Positions 1-11,737 of a stretch of DNA of 64,000 bases are shown here, one piece after another. Source of the DNA: Eledone cirrhosa (taxonomy: Eukaryota). A program made the translations under genes and the position numbers. The stretch spans positions 4,092,001 to 4,156,000 of the forward strand of contig OZ024764.1 in NCBI GenBank assembly GCA_964016885.1, given 5' to 3'. Position 1 is the stretch's first letter. Each line of letters opens with the position of its first letter. The notes below the pieces were generated by a model. That model ran no database searches. It had not been told where the DNA came from and saw only the letters and a program-made list of their open reading frames with translations.

Positions 1-8
1 TACATATA

Positions 9-52
<44 letters not shown>

Positions 53-103
53 CATATATATACATATATATACATATATATACATATATATACATATATA
101 TAC

Positions 104-138
<35 letters not shown>

Positions 139-139
139 A

Positions 140-270
140 AACGAAGGAAGTGTGGTAAGGAACCAGATGGACCATAACGCACCAAAGTACTCAATACTTA
201 GGGTAGTAGAGTGGGTAATAGGAAAATGTTGAAACAGCTTGAGCTCTGCCGTCGGGGTTAAACATGTTCA
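140..270. mobile_element. Internally deleted copy of a TA-embedded hairpin element (see 11480-11672)
   Basis: Shares 'acgaaggaagtgtggtaaggaacc...gggtagtagagtgggtaatagga' with copies at 11480, 35988 and 36480; flanked by (TA)n. Confidence 0.7.
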
Positions 271-354
271 TATATTTATATATATATATATACCTATATG
301 TGTATATATATATATACACACATATAGGTATATATATATATATATATATATATA

Positions 355-415
<61 letters not shown>

Positions 416-551
416 ATATGTGTGTATACATATATATATACCTATATTTGTATATATATATATATGTATACCTATATGTGTATATATATATATATACACA
501 TATAGGTATATATATATGAATAGATACACATATATATATATATATATATAT

Positions 552-843
552 AAATATGTAGTTTAGAAAGCCACAACAATGCAGATGGGAAATCTCGAGG
601 TAGGAAGTGAGTGATAGATAGGAGAAATAGGAGAAAATTGAGAGAAACGAAAATGAAAACAAAACAAAGGTAGAAGGGTTACCGTAGTGGAGATTTAATC
701 CCAATATTTCGGGCTTACGCCCTTCTACCTTTGTTTTGTTTTCATTTTCGTTTCTCTCAATTTTCACTTTTCTCCTATTTCTCACTCACTTCCTACCTCG
801 AGATTTCCCTCTGCATTGTTGTGGCTTTCTAAACTACGTATTT
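552..843. repeat. Fold-back inverted repeat, arms ~552-678 and 720-843, in (TA)n
   Basis: The arms are reverse complements apart from a few indels (gtagtttagaaagccacaac...gtagaaggg / cccttctac...gtggctttctaaactac). Confidence 0.85.
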
Positions 844-1628
844 TACACATTTCACAATGCTTCAAGCAAACTTTAACACCCTCATATATATATATATATA
901 CACATATAGATATATATATATAAATAGATACACATATAAGTATATATATATATATTTCATCACGATTTCTCACGAATGAAACAGTTCTAGTCCTGTAGAA
1001 GCCATTTCTATATTAAATATTTATACTCTGCCATGTATTGAGTACCTTACTTACTGTGGTTACCCCCAATTGAGCCCAGGATAAACTTATATATATATAT
1101 ATAATATATACATACATACACATATATATATGTATATAATGTATAATATATATAATATATACATACGTACACATATATATATATGCATATAATGTATAAT
1201 ATATATATATATATACATACATACACATATATATATGCATATAATGTATAATATATATAATATATACATACATACACATATATATATGCATATAATGTAT
1301 AATATATATAATATATACATACATACACACATATATATATGCATATAATGTATAATATATATAATATATACATACATACACATATATATATACATATAAT
1401 GTATATATATATATATAATATATACATACATACACATATATATATGTATATAATGTATAATATATATAATATATATACATACATACACACATATATATGC
1501 ATATAATGTATAATATATATAATATATACATACATACACACATATATATGCATATAATGTATAATATATATAATATATACATACATACACACATATATAT
1601 ATATGTATGTATTATATATATATATATA

Positions 1629-1816
1629 AGGGTGGTGGATTGGCAGTATTGGTGGAGGGTCGGACGTCATGCTTTGGCGCATAGAGTTACGTCCCTTTAC
1701 GGCCTGAGTTCAAATCCCGTCGAGGTTCACTTTGCCTTTCATCCTTACGGGGTCGATAAAATAAAGTACCAGTAATACACTGGGGTAATTGCTGGCCTTG
1801 TGCCTAAAGTAGAAAC

Positions 1817-1820
<4 letters not shown>
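1629..1820 (+). mobile_element. tRNA-derived SINE, family A
   Basis: A-box-like 'tggcagtattgg', B-box 'gttcaaatcc', conserved body 'gcctttcatccttacggggtcgataaaataaagtaccag'; at least 7 copies in the window. Confidence 0.85.
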
Positions 1821-1884
<64 letters not shown>

Positions 1885-2305
1885 ATATTATGTAAACATG
1901 TATGTATATATTATGTAAAGATGTATGTATATATTATGTAAAGATGTATGTATATATTATGTAAACATGTATGTATATATTATGTAAAGATGTATGTATG
2001 TATTGTATATATATATGTATGTATATATTGTACATATATATATGTATGTATATATTGTATATATATATGTATATATATATATGTATGTATACATTGTATA
2101 TATATATGTATGTATATATTGTATATATATATATATATGTATGTATATATTGTATATATATATGTATGTATATATTGTATATATATATATGTATATATAT
2201 ATGTATGTAGACATTGTATATATATATGTATGTATATATTGTATATATATATGTATGTATATATTGTATATATATATGTATGTATATATTGTATATATAT
2301 ATGTA

Positions 2306-2349
<44 letters not shown>

Positions 2350-2538
2350 ATATTGTATATATATATATATATGTATGTATATATTGTATATATATATATA
2401 TACATAGATATATATGTATGTATATATCATATATATATATGTATCTGCATGTCTATGTGTGCGTGTGCGTATGCGTGCGTGTGTGTGTATGTATGTGTTA
2501 TATATAGAAAATGACAGACAGACAGACAACAGTTTATT

Positions 2539-3609
2539 TTAAATGGTAGTTTCTCTGGAATTGTTCACTGAATTATTCCTGAATCCTGTCCCCTTTGATA
2601 CTCCATTGCTCTGGTTTGTCACAGAGTTCCACAACTTTTCGCACCTGAGACACATAATGGTTTTAAATGTGGCCCAGAACTTTTCACTGAACCAGCAGTA
2701 GAGGACAAAGTTTATTGCAGACTTCATTGCCGCGAGTAGTACAGAGATAGCCATGATGAGCAAGTGGTACTGACTCCTCGAATCGTAGCTCTGTATGCTG
2801 ATGAGATAGTTGTAAACTACATAAGGGGCTTGACAAATGAGGAAGACGGCGCACATCGCAATCAGCATTGTTGTGATTTTCATCTGCTCCGAGCTGATGT
2901 CGAAGCTGGTGCGAGTGTTGACACCGATCTGACGTTTCAAGTACTGCGTGGACTTGTGGATCTCGAACATGAGCCGTGTGTTAAGCACAAGGATAAGAAC
3001 GAAAGGAATTATGACCCCGATGAGGCCTTCGAACACCCAGCCGTATATAATCCTGAAGAGTCTTTCACCGGAGAGGGGTGTCTGGTGGAGCGTGTATTCG
3101 GTGGCGTTGAGTTGGTTGTGTGACGTCACGATCTTGTATTTGGCGAAATGCGGCGACTGGCAGATGAAGGCGGCTATGTAGATGAACACAACGATGCACC
3201 GAGATCTGTACGTCGTGCACATGTCCATTGCCTTGTAAGGGATGCATATTGCGATGAAACGCTCAACAGCAAGCATGACAATCATCCAGACAGAAACAAG
3301 GTTGAACATTCGTAGGAAGATCTCTGAGTACGCCGTGAACATCTCCCAAGCATTCAGGTCCCCCTCAGAGACCAACATACCCCATGCACGCATGGCTACA
3401 ATGAGCAGAAACATCATATCCGCTATAGCCAGTCCAACCAGGTATGTGTTAGTGGAGGTGGCCATGTGCTTGTGGCTCAATATGACCAGCGTGAGAATTA
3501 TCCCGATGATTCCACAGATGCAAGCGGGAGGCAGCACTGTGTCCATAAGTATGTGACTCATGTTAATAACACCTTTGAAATGGTTGAGGGTGATATTTTC
3601 CATCTCCAT
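2539..3609 (-). CDS. Class A (rhodopsin-like) GPCR, FMRFamide/sex-peptide-receptor-like peptide receptor, 356 aa, uninterrupted CDS
   Basis: Seven hydrophobic segments; TM2 'NTYLVGLAIADMMFL', TM3 'AVERFIAICIP' (E/DRY-like), TM6 'FLICQAPY', TM7 'SAINFVLYCWFSEKF' (NFxxY variant typical of invertebrate peptide GPCRs); GC content above surroundings. Confidence 0.92.
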   Translation of the reverse strand: MEMENITLNHFKGVINMSHILMDTVLPPACICGIIGIILTLVILSHKHMATSTNTYLVGLAIADMMFLLIVAMRAWGMLVSEGDLNAWEMFTAYSEIFLRMFNLVSVWMIVMLAVERFIAICIPYKAMDMCTTYRSRCIVVFIYIAAFICQSPHFAKYKIVTSHNQLNATEYTLHQTPLSGERLFRIIYGWVFEGLIGVIIPFVLILVLNTRLMFEIHKSTQYLKRQIGVNTRTSFDISSEQMKITTMLIAMCAVFLICQAPYVVYNYLISIQSYDSRSQYHLLIMAISVLLAAMKSAINFVLYCWFSEKFWATFKTIMCLRCEKLWNSVTNQSNGVSKGTGFRNNSVNNSRETTI

Positions 3610-3790
3610 CGCTGATGTCGCTCCTGGTCCTTGATATGATTAAAATAGTGTCACTAATTAAGGTAACGAGATAATTACGATAACGATGTCAACAGGGAAA
3701 AGAAATTGGAAGGTGTTTGAAAATCACCCCAGATCTCGTTTGTAAAATCTTGTGGGATAATTCACCTGTTTTTATAATATATATATATAT

Positions 3791-3829
<39 letters not shown>

Positions 3830-4118
3830 GTAGTTTCGTAGAGAAAAAATGTATATATATATATATATAGCTGTTTTGTAGGGAAAAATGTATATTTATT
3901 TATATATATATATATAAATATGTATAGTAGTTTTGTGGGATGAATGAAAATATATGTATATATATATATATAAATATGGTAGTCTTGTGGGATAAAGGAT
4001 GATATATCAATGTATATATATATATATATATGTGTGTGTGTAGGAATGTTGTGGGAAAAATCACTTAAATTGTGTCACAGAGGAAGAAATCCATAAATTT
4101 ATATCTACATACATATAC

Positions 4119-4151
<33 letters not shown>

Positions 4152-4205
4152 TGTATGTATATATATATACATACATATATATATATGTGTATATATATAT
4201 ATATA

Positions 4206-4252
<47 letters not shown>

Positions 4253-4544
4253 TTGTTAGTCTTGTGGGAAGAATCACATGTTTTTTTTTTTTTATGGTAG
4301 TCTTGTGGGAGTGTGTAGAATGGTTTCCATGGTAGTCTTGTGGGAGCAAGTCATGTGATCACATGGCAGTCTCATTAACGTGAGATTTGTTGCTTCGAAG
4401 TCTCGTGGGATGAGTCATGTGGTTACACGGAGGACATCTGATTGGGTGGTGTCAAAACCTCAGCTCGCCAATATGGAGGAAACGCTGGAAATACAAAATG
4501 ATAATAATGATGATGATGATGATGATAATAATAATAATTGTTTT

Positions 4545-4876
4545 TGTTTCTACTTTTGGCACAAGGCCAGCAAATTACCCAGTGTATTACTGGTACTTTA
4601 TTTTATCGACCCCCGTAAGGATGAAAGGCAAAGTCAACCTCGGCGGGATTTGAATTCAGATCGTAAAGGGACGTAACTCTATGCTGCAAAGCATGGCGTC
4701 CGACCCTCTACCAATACTGCCAATCCACCGCCCTTTGATAATAATAATAATAATAATTGTTTTTGTTTCAACTTTTGGCACAAGGCCAGCAAATACCCAG
4801 TGTATTACTGGTACCGTTATTTTATCGACCCCCGTAAGGATTCGACGCTCTACCGATTCTGTCAATCCACCGCCTT
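4545..4876 (-). mobile_element. SINE family A, one full and one deleted copy in tandem
   Basis: Reverse complement of the 1629-1820 element with an (ATT)n tail. Confidence 0.8.
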
Positions 4877-4899
4877 ATGATGATGATAATAGTAATAAT

Positions 4900-5280
4900 A
4901 ATAATGGTTTCTTTATTGGCCACAAGGGCCAACCCGAAGAAAAACTTTAGAGACGGCACAGAACAGTATAGGACGATACAAAGTGGGTTTTGGTCGTGTA
5001 AACAGGTTATAACAAAATTGGGCTAGAAATCAAAAAAATTTCAAACAACAAAAATTCCCCAAGAAGAGGGAATCCTCCGAGGGTCACTCGTGGCGAAAAC
5101 CACACAAAAGACCACCACGGCCACCCTGACCACCAGGGCAAGCGCCCTCTCTCACTTTTCCCACTCCCCAGTCTACAGGCGCATACTCGCCGTTCAACAA
5201 ACTTACTAGAAGACAGCACTTGCCTCTCCACCCTGATTTTCCTCTTCAAGTGAAACTTGAAAAAGTTAATCAGGGATTGA
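4900..5280 (-). mobile_element. 3' fragment of an L1/Tx1-type LINE related to the full-length element at 15404-21054
   Basis: Encodes 'FFKFHLKRKIRVERQVLSSSKFVER', homologous to the ORF2 C-terminus 'FFKYHFKRRIRMEREVLYPSKFYER'; ends AATAAAGAAACC followed by (ATT)n. Confidence 0.8.
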
Positions 5281-5329
5281 TCATATAATTTCAATGTGCA
5301 GTCCTATAGCTCCAACCGAATACCTAAAC

Positions 5330-6560
5330 AGTCACGACAGAGCTGCACAATACATACATTTGGTAATGTGTAAGCTGCCCCATCAAAAGAATTGGTGGGA
5401 GCATCAACCACCTCCCGTACTTGAAAAAGATCACATCTCAATTTTGCGGAACTTTAGCATCCAAACAGACTGAAAAATAGATGCAAATAGACCTGATATA
5501 ATACCGAAGGACTTTAAAAAGAGGGTATGCCTGCTAATTGATATGTCCGTTCCAATAGACAAGAATGTATCTATAAAAACCTTTGAAAAATTGAGCAAGT
5601 ATAAAGACCTGGAGATAGAGATTGGGAAAATGGGGAAGTTGAATACTAAAACAATACCAGTGGTTGTAGGGGCTCTAGGAATGATACCTCAGGGGTCTAA
5701 TGATTACTTGTCCCAAATCCCTGGAAACCCGCGTATAGAAGAAATACAAAAGATAGTACTAATGGGAACTGGCCACATACTAAGGAAGATTCTGTCAATA
5801 TAAGTACATCACAAGTCTAAACACCTAAAGATGCATGTATGTGTGTATGTGTGTATGTGTGTGTGTGTGTGTGTATGTGTGTATGTGTGTGTGTGTGTGT
5901 GTTTGTGTGTATGTGTGTGTGTATGTATGTGTGTATATGTGTGTATGTGTTCTTTCTTGAGTATGGTGGACCTTGTCTCTTGAGGTCACTGGTTGTGACT
6001 TGGTGATAACTTGTATGAACATAAAGCAAGATATGTGTGTGTGTGTATGTGTGTATGTATGTGTGTGTGCGTGTGTGTAAGTGTGTATGCGTGTATGTAT
6101 ATGTGTGTATGTGTGTATGTGTGTGTGTGTTCTTTCTTGAGTATGGTGGACCTTGTCTCTCGAGGTCACTGGTTGTGACTTGGTGACAACTTCTATGAAC
6201 ATAAAGCAAGATATGTGTGTGTGTGTATGTGTGTGTATGTGTGTGTGTGTGTATGTATGTGTGTGTGTGTGTGTATGTGTTCTTTCTTGAGTATGGTGGA
6301 CCTTGTCTCTCGAGGTCACTGGTTGTGACTTGGTGACAACTTGTATGAACATAAAGCAAGATATGTGTGTGTGTGTGTGTGTATGTGTGTATGTACGTGT
6401 GTGTGTATGTGTGTATGTGTGTATGTGTGTATGTGTGTGTATGTGTCCTTTCTTGAGTATGGTGGACCTTGTTGTCTCTTGAGGTCACTGGTTGTGACTT
6501 GGTGACAACTTGTATGAACATAAAGCAGGATAAATGAGATAATAATAATAATAATAATAA
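5330..6560 (+). mobile_element. 3' fragment of a restriction-like-endonuclease (RLE) non-LTR retrotransposon with a tandemly duplicated 3' UTR
   Basis: Degraded 'NRPDII...CLLIDMSVP...EKLSKYKDL...IPVVVGALG' PD-(D/E)xK domain; four repeats (~120-180 bp, length set by (TG)n) at ~5830-6530 ending in (AAT)n. Confidence 0.75.
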
Positions 6561-6576
6561 TTTTGGGGGTTGGGAA

Positions 6577-6753
6577 CGTCGATTAAATCGACTCCAGTGT
6601 ATTACTGGTACTTTATTTTATCGACTCCGTAAGGATGGAAGGCAAAGTTAACCTTGGCGGGATTTGAACTAAGACCATAAAGGGGTGTAACTCTATGCTG
6701 GCGTAAAGCATGGCGTCCGACCCTCTACTGATACTGCCAATCCACCGCCCTTT
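6577..6753 (-). mobile_element. SINE family A
   Basis: Same body and B-box as 1629-1820, reverse strand. Confidence 0.8.
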
Positions 6754-6772
6754 AATGACCCTATAATAACAA

Positions 6773-9288
6773 TGGTTTAACTTATTGACCACAAGGGCTG
6801 ACATATAGGGGACAATACAATAGACAGGGACAGTGGGGGTTGTAATAATAATACTGGTTTATATTGACCACAAGGGCTGACATATAGGGGACAATACAAT
6901 AGACAGGGACAGTGGGGGTTGTAATAATAATACTGGTTTATATTGACCACAAGGGCTGACATATAGGGGACAATACAATAGACAGGGAAAGTGGGGGTTG
7001 TAATAATAATACTGGTTTATATTGACCACAAGGGCTGACATATAGGGGACAATACAATAGACAGGGAAAGTGGGGGTTGTAATAATAATACTGGTTTATA
7101 TTGACCACAAGGGCTGACATATAGGGGACAATACAATAGACAGGGAAAGTGGGGGTTGTAATAATAATACTGGTTTATATTGACCACAAGGGCTGACATA
7201 TAGGGGACAATACAATAGACAGGGAAAGTGGGGGTTGTAATAATAATACTGGTTTATATTGGCCACAAGGGCTGACATATAGGGGACAATACAATAGACA
7301 GGGACAGTGGGGGTTGTAATAATAATACTGGTTTATATTGACCACAAGGGCTGACATATAGGGGACAATACAATAGACAGGGACAGTGGGGGTTGTAATA
7401 ATAATACTGGTTTATATTGACCACAAGGGCTGACATATAGGGGACAATACAATAGACAGGGAAAGTGGGGGTTGTAATAATAATACTGGTTTATATTGAC
7501 CACAAGGGCTGACATATAGGGGACAATACAATAGACAGGGAAAGTGGGGGTTGTAATAATAATACTGGTTTATATTGACCACAAGGGCTGACATATAGGG
7601 GACAATACAATAGACAGGGAAAGTGGGGGTTGTAATAATAATACTGGTTTATATTGACCACAAGGGCTGACATATAGGGGACAATACAATAGACAGGGAA
7701 AGTGGGGGTTGTAATAATAATACTGGTTTATATTGGCCACAAGGGCTGACATATAGGGGACAATACAATAGACAGGGACAGTGGGGGTTGTAATAATAAT
7801 ACTGGTTTATATTGACCACAAGGGCTGACATATAGGGGACAATACAATAGACAGGGACAGTGGGGGTTGTAATAATAATACTGGTTTATATTGACCACAA
7901 GGGCTGACATATAGGGGACAATACAATAGACAGGGAAAGTGGGGTTGTAATAATAATACTGGTTTATATTGACCACAAGGGCTGACATATAGGGGACAAT
8001 ACAATAGACAGGGAAAGTGGGGGTTGTAATAATAATACTGGTTTATATTGACCACAAGGGCTGACATATAGGGGACAATACAATAGACAGGGAAAGTGGG
8101 GGTTGTAATAATAATACTGGTTTATATTGACCACAAGGGCTGACATATAGGGGACAATACAATAGACAGGGAAAGTGGGGGTTGTAATAATAATACTGGT
8201 TTATATTGGCCACAAGGGCTGACATATAGGGGACAATACAATAGACAGGGACAGTGGGGGTTGTAATAATAATACTGGTTTATATTGACCACAAGGGCTG
8301 ACATATAGGGGACAATACAATAGACAGGGACAGTGGGGGTTGTAATAATAATACTGGTTTATATTGGCCACAAGGGCTGACATATAGGGGACAATACAAT
8401 AGACAGGGACAGTGGGGGTTGTAATAATAATACTGGTTTATATTGACCACAAGGGCTGACATATAGGGGACAATACAATAGACAGGGACAGTGGGGGTTG
8501 TAATAATAATACTGGTTTATATTGGCCACAAGGGCTGACATATAGGGGACAATACAATAGACAGGGACAGTGGGGGTTGTAATAATAATACTGGTTTATA
8601 TTGACCACAAGGGCTGACATATAGGGGACAATACAATAGACAGGGAAAGTGGGGGTTGTAATAATAATACTGGTTTATATTGACCACAAGGGCTGACATA
8701 TAGGGGACAATACAATAGACAGGGAAAGTGGGGGTTGTAATAATAATACTGGTTTATATTGGCCACAAGGGCTGACATATAGGGGACAATACAATAGACA
8801 GGGACAGTGGGGGTTGTAATAATAATACTGGTTTATATTGACCACAAGGGCTGACATATAGGGGACAATACAATAGACAGGGAAAGTGGGGGTTGTAATA
8901 ATAATACTGGTTTATATTTGTCACAAGGGTCGACATATAGGGGACAATACAATAGACAGGGACAGTGGGGGTTCTAATAATAATAATAATACTGGTTTAT
9001 ATTGGCCACAAGGGCTGACATATAGGGGACAATACAATAGACAGGAACAGTGGGGGTTGTAATAATAATACTGGTTTATATTGACCACAAAGGCTGACAT
9101 ATCGGGGACAATACAATAGACAGGGACAGTGGGGGTTGTAATAATAATACTGGTTTATATTTGTCACAAGGGTCGACATATAGGGGACAATATAATAGAC
9201 AGGGACAGTGGGGGTTCTAATAATAATAATACTGGTTTATATTTGTGACAAGGGTCGACATATAGGGGACAATACAATAGACAGGGTG
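6773..9288. repeat. 79-bp tandem satellite, ~32 copies
   Basis: Unit ggtttatattgaccacaagggctgacatataggggacaatacaatagacaggga(c/a)agtgggggttgtaataataatact; ORF track recurs every 79 bp. Confidence 0.97.
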
Positions 9289-9727
9289 CTACTTGAGAAT
9301 GCTGAGGATGGCTCTGAACATTAATCAGTATACACTGAGGATGAAGAACTCAGAGCTGTACGGGAGCCTCCCAAAAATCAGCTCAAAAGAGACACAGAGG
9401 AGACTGAGGTTAGCTGGACATGTTCACCGACAACCAGAGTTGACACTGCACTCAGTGCTCCTGTGGGAGCCCCTACATGGACACACTGGAAGAGGAAGAC
9501 TGAGGTTAGCTGGACATGCTCACCGACATCCAGAGTTGACACTGCACTCAGTGTTCCTGTGGAAGCCCCTGCATTGACACACTGGAAGAGGAAGACCAAG
9601 GTTGACATATGTTGATGCCCTAAGGACAGACACTGGTCTGTTGGAGACGCAGGACATGGCAGCGATAATGAGGGACAGAAACCGCTGGAGAGAACTCGTC
9701 CGTGGATCTCGGGAATTTTACCTGCCC
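9285..9727 (+). mobile_element. RTE-clade LINE 3' fragment
   Basis: 'RMLRMALNIN...RRLRLAGHVHR...GRGRPRLTYVD' C-terminal RT-extension motifs. Confidence 0.8.
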
Positions 9728-9809
9728 AAGATAGATAGATATGTATATAGTCTCTCAGAGTTCTTTCGTCACACACATGTAACATCATCGGTGATGTTGT
9801 TATGTTATC

Positions 9810-10410
9810 ATTAACATTCAAGAAAGGCAGAATGACAAGCACAAACTCACTGGAAATAGATCTGAATACAGTAATTAGGGAACTAGAACAAGAAGAAGTC
9901 TACAGATATCTAGGGATCAATGAAGGCCAAGGTATTCACCACGAGAGCATGAAAGAGAGAATTAGGAAGGAATGCTACCGCAGAGTACGTGCTGTCATGA
10001 AAACTGAGCTAAACTTGAAGAATTAAATTATCTGTCATAAATGTGCTTGCAATCCCTGTTGTCACCTACAGTTTCCGTATTATAGATTGGAGCATTAACA
10101 AAATTAAAAGAATCAACACCAAAATCAGGAAACTTTTGACCTGTCATAGAATATATCACCCAATGGAAGATGTGGATCGCATCTTTCTCCCTAGACAAAA
10201 TGGAGGTAGAGGAATGATCCAGCTAGCGCTTTCATTCAGGATATCAACCATTGGATTCAAACCTCACATTACTAGATGATGAAAATGGTTGCAGTTCATG
10301 AAAGAAGGAAGAGGTTACATTTAGTCATGAAGGAAAGAAGGAAGTTTGTGGAAGAACTGGGAATACAGTTTGAAAATATTAATGGTGATTCTGCAATTAA
10401 AGCCGCAAAG
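9810..10410 (+). mobile_element. Degraded RT fragment of an RLE-type non-LTR retrotransposon
   Basis: 'EVYRYLGINE...RRVRAVMKTELN', 'AIPVVTYSF...DVDRIFLPRQNGGRGM' with frameshifts. Confidence 0.75.
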
Positions 10411-10444
10411 AATATATATACACATATGTATATACATATATGTC

Positions 10445-11147
10445 TAGGGTGGCTAAAATTCCCGAGAATCCATGGACGAGTTCTCTCCAGTGGTCTCTGT
10501 CCCTCATCATCTCTGCCATGTCCTGCGTCTCCAACAGACCAGTGTCTGTCCTTAGGGCATCAACATATGTCAACCTTGGTCTTCCTCTTCCAGTGTGTCC
10601 ATGCAGGGGCTCCCACAGGAGCACTGAGTGCAATGTCAACTCTGGATGTCGGTGAGCATGTCCAGCTAACCTCTGTCTTCCTCTTCCAATGTGTCAATGC
10701 AGGGGCTCCCACAGGAACACTGAGTGCAATGTCAACTCTGGATGTCGGTGAGCATGTCCAGCTAACTTCAGTCTCCTCTGTGTCACTTTTGAGCTGACTT
10801 TTGGGAGGCTCCCGTACAGCTCTGAGTTTTTCATCCTCAGTGTATACTGATTAATGTTCAGAGCCATCCTCAGCATTCTCGTGTAGCACCCATCCACCAT
10901 CTGAGTGAGTTTCTTGGTCAGTGTCCAAGTCTCAGACCCGTACAGCAGCACAGACTCCACTACAGCAACGAAGAGGCGGATCTTCAGGTCTCGACGAAGG
11001 TCTGACTTCCACACCGTTCTCAAGCTGTGGCACACCGCCCAGGCTTCGCTCTTCCTCTCAACCACATCATCTTCTCTACTCCCAATCTTTACTACCGGAT
11101 ACAATTCTAGCGGCTTCCCGCCTACATTAGTGATCTTCTCTGGCTTC

Positions 11148-11150
<3 letters not shown>
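10445..11150 (-). mobile_element. RTE-clade LINE 3' fragment, inverted partner of 9285-9727
   Basis: 'KIRLFVAVVESVLLYGSETWTLTK...CYTRMLRMALNI'. Confidence 0.85.
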
Positions 11151-11223
<73 letters not shown>

Positions 11224-11390
11224 ATATATCTATATATGTATATATATATATATATGGTTATTTAGCTCACAATGCTATCCTATTCATAAGAGATAACAGA
11301 GCAGCTGGGAGAAGTAAACAGCCTAAAATATGATGATGGAGATAATAATGTGAGGTGGGGGGTTCTGGGTTGTAGAGGTGTGGACACTCA

Positions 11391-11431
<41 letters not shown>

Positions 11432-11479
11432 ATGTATATATATATAAATATGTGTATGTATATGTATATATATATATAT

Positions 11480-11672
11480 AACGAAGGAAATGTGGTAAGG
11501 AACCAGGTGGACCATAACGCACCAAAGTACTCAATACTTAGGGTAGTAGAGTGGGTAATAGGAACAAGTAAGACCCCGACGGCAGAGCTCAAGCCGTTTC
11601 GACGGCTAATTCAGTCCAGAATTAGCCGTCGAAACGGCTTGAGCTCAGCCGTCGGGGTCTTACTTGTTCCTA
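11480..11672. mobile_element. TA-embedded element ending in a long hairpin with half-hammerhead arms
   Basis: ~55-bp arms ataggaacaagtaagaccccgacggc...gacggctaattc / gaattagccgtcgaaacggc...gttcctat. Confidence 0.75.
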
Positions 11673-11737
11673 TATATATATATATATATATATATACATA
11701 CATATACATACACAGACATACACATATATATATATAT

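Noticed and set aside
239-2529. Many Y/I/C/V/H/T-rich ORFs here and throughout the window (e.g. 33-35 kb, 38-39 kb, 43.8-45 kb, 47.8-48.8 kb, 54.4-55 kb)
   Set aside because: They are translations of (TA)n/(TG)n/(CA)n microsatellites that happen to lack stop codons; not genes.
2764-3556. Plus-strand ORFs over the GPCR
   Set aside because: Antisense shadows of the real CDS.
6777-9179. Series of near-identical 60-aa ORFs; CRISPR-like periodicity
   Set aside because: Pure tandem repeat with no unique spacers and no cas genes, in a eukaryotic context.
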